Shown here: positions 20,391 through 29,521 of the stretch, in pieces | Layout: each line of letters opens with the position of its first letter | Position numbering within the stretch: the first letter of the stretch is position 1 | NCBI GenBank assembly: GCA_048939995.1 | Contig: JBHLOY010000001.1 | Span: 96,001 to 160,000 of the forward strand | DNA length: 64,000 bases | From: Promethearchaeota archaeon | GTDB taxonomy: Archaea > Asgardarchaeota > Lokiarchaeia > Sigyniarchaeales > SOKP01 | Direction of reading: 5' to 3' | Notes under the pieces: model-generated | What the model was told of the DNA's origin: nothing | The model's database searches: none | The model's input: the letters and a program-made list of their open reading frames with translations, nothing else | Translations under genes and position numbers: made by a program

Positions 20391-21404
20391 GTGAAAGTTA
20401 TGGTTGAGTTTGAAATATGGAAACTTTATAAAAGCATGCTATATAGTCGCTTTTTTGAGAATGCTGTGAAAGATTTATGGGAAAAGGGAAAGATTTCCGG
20501 TGAAATGCATCTTGGAACAGGAGAAGAAGCTATTATAGCATGCGTAGTTTCACATTTAGAAAAGGGGGATGCTATAGCAGTTGACCATCGCGGAACAGCA
20601 GCATTTATAATACGAGGAGTTGATCCAGTTTTGTTATTATTAGAATTTTTAGGTCATCCTAAAGGGCTCTGCGCTGGGCAAGGAGGCCACATGCATCTCT
20701 TTTCAAAAGAACATTTGATCGCATCATCAGGTATTGTGGGGGCATCAGGTCCAGCAGCTACAGGATTTGCTTTAGCTTTAAAATACAAAAAGCAAAGAAA
20801 TATCGCTGTTGCATTCTTTGGAGAAGGTGCAATGAATCAAGGTATGATGCTTGAGTCAATGAACTTAGCTTCTGTTTGGAATTTACCTGTCCTCTTCGTC
20901 TGTAAAGATAACAATTGGGCAGTTACTACAATTACAAATGAAGTTACAGGAGGTAATTTAATAGATAGAGCAAAGGGTTTTGGCATTGAAGGATATGAAG
21001 TTGACGGGAAAGATTTAGAAGCAGTTTGGAAAGTAGCAAACGAAACAATCTCCAAAATACGTAATGATGATGGACCTAAGTTTATTCATGCACATTGTGT
21101 ACACACAGAAGGTCATTTTCTTGGGGATCCACTACTCAGATATTATCGAAATCCTAATCTGTTAACAGAAGTTGCTGATTCTCTTAAAGAGTATGCTGGG
21201 AAAAATTTAGATGAGATTCTTTTATTGTTACGGAAAATAGGGGGTCAAACTAAGAAAAAACTAGATCCTATAGCTGATGTTCAGAAAAAGTTGAAGAACG
21301 AACAAGATCGCCTTAGACAAATAGAACAAGAAGTAACAAAGGAAGTTGAGCAGTCAATTAATAGAGCATTAGAAATTTTTGAAGGAGGGATGAAAAATGG
21401 TTAA
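20391..21404 (+). CDS. TPP-dependent 2-oxoacid/acetoin dehydrogenase E1 alpha subunit
   Basis: HLGTGEEA, GQGGHMH, GIVG, FFGEGAMNQG...DNNW TPP motif, EGHFLGD. Confidence 0.9.
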   Translation: MKVMVEFEIWKLYKSMLYSRFFENAVKDLWEKGKISGEMHLGTGEEAIIACVVSHLEKGDAIAVDHRGTAAFIIRGVDPVLLLLEFLGHPKGLCAGQGGHMHLFSKEHLIASSGIVGASGPAATGFALALKYKKQRNIAVAFFGEGAMNQGMMLESMNLASVWNLPVLFVCKDNNWAVTTITNEVTGGNLIDRAKGFGIEGYEVDGKDLEAVWKVANETISKIRNDDGPKFIHAHCVHTEGHFLGDPLLRYYRNPNLLTEVADSLKEYAGKNLDEILLLLRKIGGQTKKKLDPIADVQKKLKNEQDRLRQIEQEVTKEVEQSINRALEIFEGGMKNG

Positions 21405-22410
21405 AATGGGATTCGCACAAGCAATAGAAAGTGTAATTGCTAAAGCTATGGAAGAAGATGAAAATATTATTATTATGGGAGAAGATGCTCATGGATTACG
21501 ATTAAATCTTTTTGTTCGATTTGGAAAAGAAAGAGTGAGGTCTGCACCTATAAGTGAGAGTGCGTTTGTGGGTGCTGCAGTCACAGCTGCAATGGCAGGA
21601 CTACGTCCCATTGTAGAAATTATGTTAGTGGATTTCGTTGGTGTAACAATGGATGCCATCCTTAATCATGCAGCAAAAATAGCATTTTTTTCGGGAAATA
21701 AATGGAATGTTCCAATAGTTATAAGAACTGCTTGTGGTGGTGGCTATGGTGATGCTGGACAACATGAACAGAGTTTATGGGGTTGGCTAGCACACATACC
21801 TGGGCTGAATATTGTCATCCCATCCAACCCTGCAGATGCAGGAGGCTTGATGCTCTCTTCCATATATGAAAATAACCCAGTAATTTATTTTGAACATAAA
21901 TTGCTTGCAGACTACTGGTTAGACTCTATGGGAAGCGGTGGTAGAACCACAGTTTCTTATGATGTTCCAGAAAAAGGACTAGAAGGAGAAATACCTGATA
22001 AATGGGAACCAATCCCTTTAGGTAAACTGAATCGAATGAAGGAAGGAAGTGATATCACCCTAGTTAGCGTTGGAGTTGGGGTTCACCGTGCTTTAGAAGC
22101 AGCTAATAAATTAGAAGAGAAAGGTATTTCTGCTGAGGTTTTAGACTTAAGGTGTGTGGTTCCATTAGATGTAGAAGGATTGAAGAATTCCGTAGAAAAA
22201 ACTGGAGTACTTTTAATAATTGATGAAGACTACAAAAACTTCGGACTTTCTGGAGAAATCTGTGCGATGCTTCTAGAAAGCGACATCTCATTTAAATTCG
22301 GTCGTGTTTGTACTGAAACTACCATCCCCTATTCAAGAGATTTAGAAGACCAAGTACTACCGAATACAAAAAGGATTATGAATGAATCACTTAAAATTTT
22401 AAAGAGGTAA
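21397..22410 (+). CDS. 2-oxoacid/acetoin dehydrogenase E1 beta subunit
   Basis: MGED, PISESAFVG, GLRPIVEIM, GQHEQS, EVLDLR; overlaps the alpha gene. Confidence 0.9.
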   Translation: MVKMGFAQAIESVIAKAMEEDENIIIMGEDAHGLRLNLFVRFGKERVRSAPISESAFVGAAVTAAMAGLRPIVEIMLVDFVGVTMDAILNHAAKIAFFSGNKWNVPIVIRTACGGGYGDAGQHEQSLWGWLAHIPGLNIVIPSNPADAGGLMLSSIYENNPVIYFEHKLLADYWLDSMGSGGRTTVSYDVPEKGLEGEIPDKWEPIPLGKLNRMKEGSDITLVSVGVGVHRALEAANKLEEKGISAEVLDLRCVVPLDVEGLKNSVEKTGVLLIIDEDYKNFGLSGEICAMLLESDISFKFGRVCTETTIPYSRDLEDQVLPNTKRIMNESLKILKR

Positions 22411-22436
22411 AGACTAGAGATTTCTTCATCCGTTTA

Positions 22437-23576
22437 TTAAAATATATCTTTTCCACAAACTGGACAAAATTTATGCCCTTTAGATAATTTATACCCACAA
22501 TACTGACAAATAAGCTCTTTTTTAGGTTCTTTTTCCTTAATGATTACTCTTTGAGCTTGAGGTGCAGGCTTTATATCATCAGGCGGTTCGGGTGGTTTGT
22601 ACACATAGGGATATGGAAATCGATCATCTCTATCATCGGGTGGTGGAGGAGGCTTGTAACCATACAAAGAACCTAATAAATCATCGTCTCTATCATCCTT
22701 ATCAAATTCATCCATAATTTTTTTCGCTTTTTCAACCATTTCTTTTTCTGCAGGGTTTAACCTTACATTATTAGGTACTTCTACCTTTGGGGGGTATATA
22801 AATGACACATTGAGATGTTTTTCAATAAGCTCTTTTATTCCTCTAAAGTCTCTTATATTTCCATGAAACTCTTCAATTAGCTTCCCATAGTATTTATAAA
22901 TATCGTAAACTAATAACTCGACACCATGAATAAAATCTTTTGAGGGTGATTTTTTCATGATTAAAATGAGGCGAATATTTACAAATTCAGTCATTATTAT
23001 TATTGAATCTTTATAAGGGATTTGTATCGTTTTAGACTCTCTATCAGCAGAGATTTCTGAACCAAAAGCACGAACGGCTTGTAGAAAACCCGATATTAAA
23101 GTGGGGTCTAGCTCTTTTTCCTCAAAGGATTGGGAATGTAAATCGATTCCGGTTTTTGAATGCAGTACGATTATATATTTTAAATTCATAACATCATTAT
23201 ATTGTTCTATAAATGTTTGTAGCTTGTCTCTTTTACGAGATTCCCTCTTCTTAAACACTACATAACTCGAGTAACCTATAGCCACACCGCCAATAATAAT
23301 ACTTCCAATTATTATAAGTAACGTGAAATCTGGTGGTGTTATGGTAACGTTATTTGCGATGTTCCACTCTGTAGAGACCAAACCCAAATTAAATGCTTGC
23401 GCACTTAATTCTGTACACTTCATATTGGATGATTCTTTAATGGCAAACTTGTTTTGAATGGTTAAAGGTATCCCATTAGGCTGAGTTTTCAATAATATAA
23501 TATTATTTGTAAAAATCATAAAGAAGAGTAATAAACCAATGATAAACAAACCTGTTTTTTTCAAGTCTTGAGCCAT
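22437..23576 (-). CDS. Membrane-anchored protein with longin/roadblock-like domain, Pro-rich repeats and zinc ribbon
   Basis: Signal/TM, second TM, IIVLHSKTGIDL...DPTLISGFLQAVRAFGSEI, YKPPPPPDD/YKPPEPPDD, CQYCG..CPVCG. Confidence 0.65.
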   Translation of the reverse strand: MAQDLKKTGLFIIGLLLFFMIFTNNIILLKTQPNGIPLTIQNKFAIKESSNMKCTELSAQAFNLGLVSTEWNIANNVTITPPDFTLLIIIGSIIIGGVAIGYSSYVVFKKRESRKRDKLQTFIEQYNDVMNLKYIIVLHSKTGIDLHSQSFEEKELDPTLISGFLQAVRAFGSEISADRESKTIQIPYKDSIIIMTEFVNIRLILIMKKSPSKDFIHGVELLVYDIYKYYGKLIEEFHGNIRDFRGIKELIEKHLNVSFIYPPKVEVPNNVRLNPAEKEMVEKAKKIMDEFDKDDRDDDLLGSLYGYKPPPPPDDRDDRFPYPYVYKPPEPPDDIKPAPQAQRVIIKEKEPKKELICQYCGYKLSKGHKFCPVCGKDIF

Positions 23577-23770
23577 TTTACTACCATATCTTAAATATTA
23601 TGTCATTGCATTCGAACTCAAGTAATAATAAGGATAAAATGTTATATAACTCTATTTTTTAGAATAGTCTGTATTTTAAAGTAGTAGAAATCACTCTTAT
23701 TCTATAAATATATACCAAAATAAACGAACTCAGGATTAATTTAATAAAAAATAAAAAATAATAATTTCAG

Positions 23771-25753
23771 TTAAGCTGTTTTTACATCCATCTTTTTGCG
23801 TTCTTCTATAAGCTGTTCTACGATTTCTGGATTAGCTAAAGTCGTGACATTTCCAACATCTCCACCTGTCGCAATTGCCTTCAGAATTCGCCGCATTATC
23901 TTGCCACTCCTTGTTTTCGGTAACTCGTCCGCAAATTGTACTACATCTGGTTGAAATACCGGACCAATCTCTTTCCTAACATGCATTCTAATGTCCTTAG
24001 ATAACTTTGCAGACTTTTCAGCTCCTTGGATTAGCGTTACGAATGCCCAAATCGCCTGTCCTTTTATCTCATGTGGAAATGGTGCAACTGCGGCTTCAGC
24101 GACTTTAGGATGGCTTACGATCGCTGATTCAACTTCCATTGTCCCAATTCTATGCCCGGATACTTTTATGACATCATCAAGTCGACCAAGAATCCAATAA
24201 TAGCCATCTTCATCTCGCCGAGCTCCATCCCCTGTATAATAATACCCGGGATACTTATTGAGATAGGTGGATTTAAAACGTTCCGTATCACCCCATACGT
24301 CTCTTAGCATACCTGGCCAAGGTTTAGCTATCGCAAAGTATCCACCTTCATTTGGTTCAGTGATTTCTTCTCCTTCAAGATCAAATATCACAGGTTTTAT
24401 CCCGAGAAAGGGTAGGCAGCAAGAACCTGGTTTTGTTGGAGTCGCAGTAGCGATGGGAGTCATGATAAAGCCTCCTGTCTCTGTCTGCCAATAAGTATCT
24501 ACTATTGGCGCTCTCTCTTTGCCAACCACCCGATGATACCAAGTCCAAGCCTCGGGATTGATTGGCTCGCCAACGGTTCCTAAGACTTTCAGTGAATCTA
24601 AATTATGCTTTTTAACTGGATCATCTCCGTATCTCATTAATGCTCTAATTGCCGTCGGGGCGGTATAGAAATGAGTTACCTTATGACGTTCTACAATATC
24701 CCAGAATCGATCTACTTCGGGGAACGTAGGAACTCCTTCGAACATAAGAGATGTTGCTCCATTAGCTAATGGTCCGTAAACGATGTATGAATGCCCAGTA
24801 ATCCAGCCAATATCTGCAGTACAATACCAAACATCTCCGTCTTGATAATTGAAAACCACTTTATGGGTATAGGAGGTATATAGGATGTATCCTGCGGTAG
24901 TGTGTTTAACACCTTTTGGTTTACCGGTGGTTCCGCTCGTATAGAGAATAAAGAGAGTGTCTTCAGAATCCATATGTTCTGGTTCACAATCTTCACTCAT
25001 ATCTTTGATGAAGTCTGAATACCAAATATCTTTACTGGTATGAGATACTTCATTTCCAGTTCGTTTAACAACAATAACATGCTCAATGGTGGGTACATCA
25101 TCAATAATTTGGACTACATCACTCATTTTAGGATAGAATTTACCTGCTCTAACGGTTTCATCACTAGTAAACAAAAGTCTTGAATTAGAGTCATCGATTC
25201 TATCCTTTACAGCTTCTTTAGAGAATCCACCAAAAACAATTGAATGAATGACGCCAATTCTTGCGCAGGCTAACATTATAATGGCTAATTCAGGGATCAT
25301 TGGGAGCCAAATTGTGACCCTATCACCTTTCTTTAGACCATTTTTTTTCATAGCATTTGCGACTTTATTAACTTCCTTTAATAATTCATTGTAAGTGTAT
25401 TTCTTGACTTCTCCTGGAGCATCAGCCTCCCAAATTAGCGCAACTTTATCACCATTCCCATTTTTTACGTGTCTATCTAAGCAATTATATGCCACATTAA
25501 GTTTTCCCCCAACAAACCACTTTCCTGGGAATAAGTCTGTCTCTTCCCATACTTTTTCATAAGGTTTAAACCAATCGAGTGATTTAGCTTGTTCAGCCCA
25601 AAAATCTTCCATGTTTTCAATAGATTTGTTGTATAACTCTTGATATTCCTTAAATGACATTCCAGTTTCAGCAAATTTCGAGTTTAACTTAACAGGATCG
25701 AAAACACGAGTTTCAATAAGTATACTTTCCATCTTTTTATCTTCTTCTGACAT
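23771..25753 (-). CDS. acs: AMP-forming acetyl-CoA synthetase
   Basis: YTSGTTGKPKG, TADIGWITGHSY, DTYWQTETG, GRLDDVIKVSGHR, PKTRSGKIMRR. Confidence 0.95.
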   Translation of the reverse strand: MSEEDKKMESILIETRVFDPVKLNSKFAETGMSFKEYQELYNKSIENMEDFWAEQAKSLDWFKPYEKVWEETDLFPGKWFVGGKLNVAYNCLDRHVKNGNGDKVALIWEADAPGEVKKYTYNELLKEVNKVANAMKKNGLKKGDRVTIWLPMIPELAIIMLACARIGVIHSIVFGGFSKEAVKDRIDDSNSRLLFTSDETVRAGKFYPKMSDVVQIIDDVPTIEHVIVVKRTGNEVSHTSKDIWYSDFIKDMSEDCEPEHMDSEDTLFILYTSGTTGKPKGVKHTTAGYILYTSYTHKVVFNYQDGDVWYCTADIGWITGHSYIVYGPLANGATSLMFEGVPTFPEVDRFWDIVERHKVTHFYTAPTAIRALMRYGDDPVKKHNLDSLKVLGTVGEPINPEAWTWYHRVVGKERAPIVDTYWQTETGGFIMTPIATATPTKPGSCCLPFLGIKPVIFDLEGEEITEPNEGGYFAIAKPWPGMLRDVWGDTERFKSTYLNKYPGYYYTGDGARRDEDGYYWILGRLDDVIKVSGHRIGTMEVESAIVSHPKVAEAAVAPFPHEIKGQAIWAFVTLIQGAEKSAKLSKDIRMHVRKEIGPVFQPDVVQFADELPKTRSGKIMRRILKAIATGGDVGNVTTLANPEIVEQLIEERKKMDVKTA

Positions 25754-25839
25754 AAAATTTCACAATTTTGAATTTCTATTTTTTTACATGATTTACAAGT
25801 TTTTTTAATTTTAAAAATGAATTAAAGCTTTTTGTTCGA

Positions 25840-25866
25840 TCTTATAACACTTAAGACGTTATAAGA
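25840..25866. promoter_or_regulatory. Inverted repeat between divergent acs and the CoA-transferase-GNAT gene
   Basis: TCTTATAAC-acttaagac-GTTATAAGA, perfect 9-bp arms. Confidence 0.5.
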
Positions 25867-26028
25867 CCATCAAAAAAGGAAATTCTAAATAATTTTTAAA
25901 CATTTTATTTATAAATAATATATAAATTAGTTTGTTGAGAATTCAAAAAAAGTTAAATGAATACAGAAATAAATAATAGAAATATAGAACTCTTTAGTAA
26001 CAATTAGGATTGATATTTTTTATTTAAA

Positions 26029-27939
26029 ATGGAAAAAAAAGATTTATTAGATAAAGATTGGCGAAATAAATGGAAGAATAAGGAAATTACGGTAGTAGAG
26101 GCAATCAAAAAAATTATACCTGGAAATCGTGTCTTTATCGATACAGCATGTTCTGAGCCCCAAGCTCTAACCAATCAATTGATAAAATCTTCTGAGAGTT
26201 TATTAGATACGGAACTTATTCATTTTTTAACAATATTTCCCGAGAAGTACTTTAAGGATAAAGCAGAAGATTTATTTAGACATAATGCTTTTTTTATCGG
26301 AAAAACATTAAGAGAAGAGATTAATAAAGGACAAGCAGATTATACACCAATTTTTGCCAATGAAATTCCTTCTCTATTCGTAACTGGAAGAAAAAATTGT
26401 GATGTAGCACTCATTCAAGTTACTCCCCCTGACAGAAACGGTTTCTGTTCTTTTGGTACAAATGTAGATGTTGCTAAACCGATTGCTAAATCAGCTTATA
26501 TTACAATCGCAGAGATTAATCCCCAGATGCCCAGGACCTTAGGAAATAGTTTTATCCACATGAAGGAAATAGATTTTTATGTATATAATGATACTCCATT
26601 ATTGGAATTTCATTTTAAGGAGAAAAATCCAGAAGTAATGGATCGTATTGGGAGAAATGTCGCTGATTTAATTGAAAACAAGTCAACAATACATATTGGT
26701 AATGGCTATTTACCTAATGCTTGTTTGAAATATTTGATGAATAAAAAAGATCTTGGAATGCATAGCCATTATATCACAGATAACATAATACCCTTAATTA
26801 AAAATACCGTTTTAACCTCAAGAAAAAAGAACTTTCATCCTGAGAAGATTGTCACTAGCTTTGCATTAGGTACCAAGAAATTATTTGATTTCATCGATAA
26901 CAATCCATATATTGAGTTTTATCCATCAGATTATGTATGCAACCCCAAATATATTGGCATGAATAAAAAAATGGTGTCAATAAATCAAGCCTTACAAATA
27001 GATTTGACTGGACAGGTCAATGCCTCTACTAAAGGATATGATTTTTATTCTGGAATAGGAGATACTGTTGATTTCATGCGCGGTGCGGCATTTTCTAAAG
27101 GAGGAAAACCGATAATTATATTACCTTCAACAACAAAGAATGGAGAACAATCTACAATAGTAGCTCATTTGGATGAAGGAGCAGGAGTTATGTTATCTCG
27201 AGCTGATATCCATTATGTAGTAACTGAATGGGGTCTAGCGTATTTACATGGTAAAACCATAAGAGAACGAGTTCTTGAATTAATTTGTATTGCCCATCCT
27301 AAATTTCGTGAACAATTATTGGAACATGCTAAGAAACTAAACTATGTCTATTCCGACCAAATTTTACCTTGTGATGAAGATGGTAAAATTTGTCGATATC
27401 CAATTGAGTATGAAACCTCATTCACAACTCGAGACAATATAAAAGTAAAGATAAGACCTGTAAAGCCTACAGACGAGCCTTTATTGAAAGAGTTGTATTA
27501 CTCGCTTAATGAAAGGGATAGATACTTAAGATTTTTTGAAATTAGAAAAGAATTTACTCATTCAAGAACACAGAATGAAGTTAACATTGATTATAATAAA
27601 ATTTTTTCTATAGGGGCATTTGTAGGAGATATTGGAAAAGAGGAGATGGTAGGAAATGCGGCTTATTATTTGAATCCTAATAATAATATGGCAGAATATA
27701 GTTTTTTGGTAAGAGAGAACTATCGAGGAAAAGGTATTGGTTCTTATTTATACCATGCTTTAATAATCATTGCTAAAGAAAAGGGAATAAAAGGTTTTTT
27801 TGGAAATATACATGTCCAGAATAAAAAGACAATTCAAATTATAGGGACCGGTGGTTATACAAAAATAACTCCACCCGAGGAAGGAGAAAAAGAATTATTT
27901 TATGAAGTCTTTTTTGATAAAGAAAATTCAATGGAATAG
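26029..27939 (+). CDS. Acetyl-CoA hydrolase/transferase-like domain fused to Pat-like GNAT acetyltransferase
   Basis: DVALIQVTPPD, INQALQIDLTGQ, SKGGKPII, VVTEWG; IRPVKPTDE...YLRFF...YRGKGIG. Confidence 0.85.
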   Translation: MEKKDLLDKDWRNKWKNKEITVVEAIKKIIPGNRVFIDTACSEPQALTNQLIKSSESLLDTELIHFLTIFPEKYFKDKAEDLFRHNAFFIGKTLREEINKGQADYTPIFANEIPSLFVTGRKNCDVALIQVTPPDRNGFCSFGTNVDVAKPIAKSAYITIAEINPQMPRTLGNSFIHMKEIDFYVYNDTPLLEFHFKEKNPEVMDRIGRNVADLIENKSTIHIGNGYLPNACLKYLMNKKDLGMHSHYITDNIIPLIKNTVLTSRKKNFHPEKIVTSFALGTKKLFDFIDNNPYIEFYPSDYVCNPKYIGMNKKMVSINQALQIDLTGQVNASTKGYDFYSGIGDTVDFMRGAAFSKGGKPIIILPSTTKNGEQSTIVAHLDEGAGVMLSRADIHYVVTEWGLAYLHGKTIRERVLELICIAHPKFREQLLEHAKKLNYVYSDQILPCDEDGKICRYPIEYETSFTTRDNIKVKIRPVKPTDEPLLKELYYSLNERDRYLRFFEIRKEFTHSRTQNEVNIDYNKIFSIGAFVGDIGKEEMVGNAAYYLNPNNNMAEYSFLVRENYRGKGIGSYLYHALIIIAKEKGIKGFFGNIHVQNKKTIQIIGTGGYTKITPPEEGEKELFYEVFFDKENSME

Positions 27940-27988
27940 ATAATCACAATTTTTATCTTTCTTTTTAAATTTTTATACTTGAAAATAC

Positions 27989-28801
27989 ATGAGATTTAGG
28001 TATACTGATTATCATATTCATTCTCGTAATTGGAGTACAGATGTTAGTGAAGATGGACCAATTTTTGCAGACTATATTAAGATTGCGGAAGAAGAGCGCA
28101 TAAATATTTGCTTTTTGGAACATTTTGAACTTTATTATGTTGAAAATGATAAAAAAAATCCCTTTTATAATGGCAGAATTAATGATTACTTAGAGGAGAT
28201 AGATATTCTCAAAGAATCCTATGATTTTATACTTGGAGGCCTTGAAATTGAGTATTATAAAGATAAAGAGATCGAATTAATGGAATTTATGGATGACTAT
28301 GGTAAAGAATTAGATTTCATTGGAGGTTCAATTCATGAATGGATTATTGATTATCCTATAACAAATAGGGATAGATTAGAAGATTTGACTAAAAAATTAA
28401 CTATAAAACAAATTATTGATGACTATTTCGAAGTCTTTAAAGACATGATTAATTCTAAAATCTTTAAAAATGTGTGTCACATAGATACAATATTTCGCTA
28501 TATTAATGAGAATGATATAAAGCCTACAGAAGATTGTGATACATCAGATGAGAGAATTTTAGAATTAGGGCGTTCATGTATTAATAATAAGATTCAAATT
28601 GAATATAATCTGTCAGGTGAAAGATTTTCTCTAGGGCGAACCTTTCCTTCGAGAAATATAGTAATGAATCTCTTAAAAGAAGGAGCATCATTTTTTGTTG
28701 GTTCAGATTCTCATTCAATAAAACATTTCAAAGATCAAATCCCAAATGTTATAAAAGCATATGATTTAATTAAGTCATTTCAGAGATTAAAAGGATTTTA
28801 G
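27989..28801 (+). CDS. PHP-family phosphoesterase (histidinol-phosphatase-like)
   Basis: DYHIHS, LEH, GLEIEY, GSIH, CHID, GSDSH. Confidence 0.85.
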   Translation: MRFRYTDYHIHSRNWSTDVSEDGPIFADYIKIAEEERINICFLEHFELYYVENDKKNPFYNGRINDYLEEIDILKESYDFILGGLEIEYYKDKEIELMEFMDDYGKELDFIGGSIHEWIIDYPITNRDRLEDLTKKLTIKQIIDDYFEVFKDMINSKIFKNVCHIDTIFRYINENDIKPTEDCDTSDERILELGRSCINNKIQIEYNLSGERFSLGRTFPSRNIVMNLLKEGASFFVGSDSHSIKHFKDQIPNVIKAYDLIKSFQRLKGF

Positions 28802-28807
28802 CATATA

Positions 28808-29521
28808 ATGGAGTCAAAAGAGTTTTTAAATCGATTAAATCAATGGGATAAAAGGTTTATTTTAAGATATAATGGAATAGGAGGAAAAGGATTTACATAT
28901 ACCTTAAAACTTATATCTTTTACTGGACGAGAAACTATTTGGTTAATCTTAATGGTGTATTACCTATTTATTTGGTATGATCCCTATGTATTGGCTCATA
29001 TAAGCATAACTTTTTTAATTGGGCTCATTATTATTACTCCCATAAAAAGAATATTTAATCGATCTCGACCATTTGAGCAATTAGAAAGTATCAAAATTCT
29101 GGAGAGGAAGCCCACCTCAAGAAGTTTTCCATCTTGGCATGCTTATAACGTTACATCGCAAGGATTGTTAATTGGTTATCTGTTGAATTCATTATTTATA
29201 ATGATCCTGTTTCTTTTATTTGCTGTAATCGTTGGGTTCTCAAGAATTCAACTAGGCGCTCATTATCCTAGTGATGTTATTTTTGGATATGTTATAGGAT
29301 TAATCGGGTTTATGATATCAGTATTTCTGTTTTCACCATTATTTTTTGAATTAATTAAGCTTCTAGAGATGATTATACCATTTGAAATACAATATTTTAG
29401 AATTAATCCTTGGTTATTTGAACATATTTGGTATATTATTTTGTGTATAGGAATGTTTTGTTTAATATTTGTTATCTCTAGTTATAAAATTTTAAAAAAT
29501 TTCTTTAAAAATAGGGCTTAA
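28808..29521 (+). CDS. PAP2-family membrane phosphatase
   Basis: KRIFNRSRP, SFPSWH, SRIQLGAHYPSDV. Confidence 0.9.
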   Translation: MESKEFLNRLNQWDKRFILRYNGIGGKGFTYTLKLISFTGRETIWLILMVYYLFIWYDPYVLAHISITFLIGLIIITPIKRIFNRSRPFEQLESIKILERKPTSRSFPSWHAYNVTSQGLLIGYLLNSLFIMILFLLFAVIVGFSRIQLGAHYPSDVIFGYVIGLIGFMISVFLFSPLFFELIKLLEMIIPFEIQYFRINPWLFEHIWYIILCIGMFCLIFVISSYKILKNFFKNRA

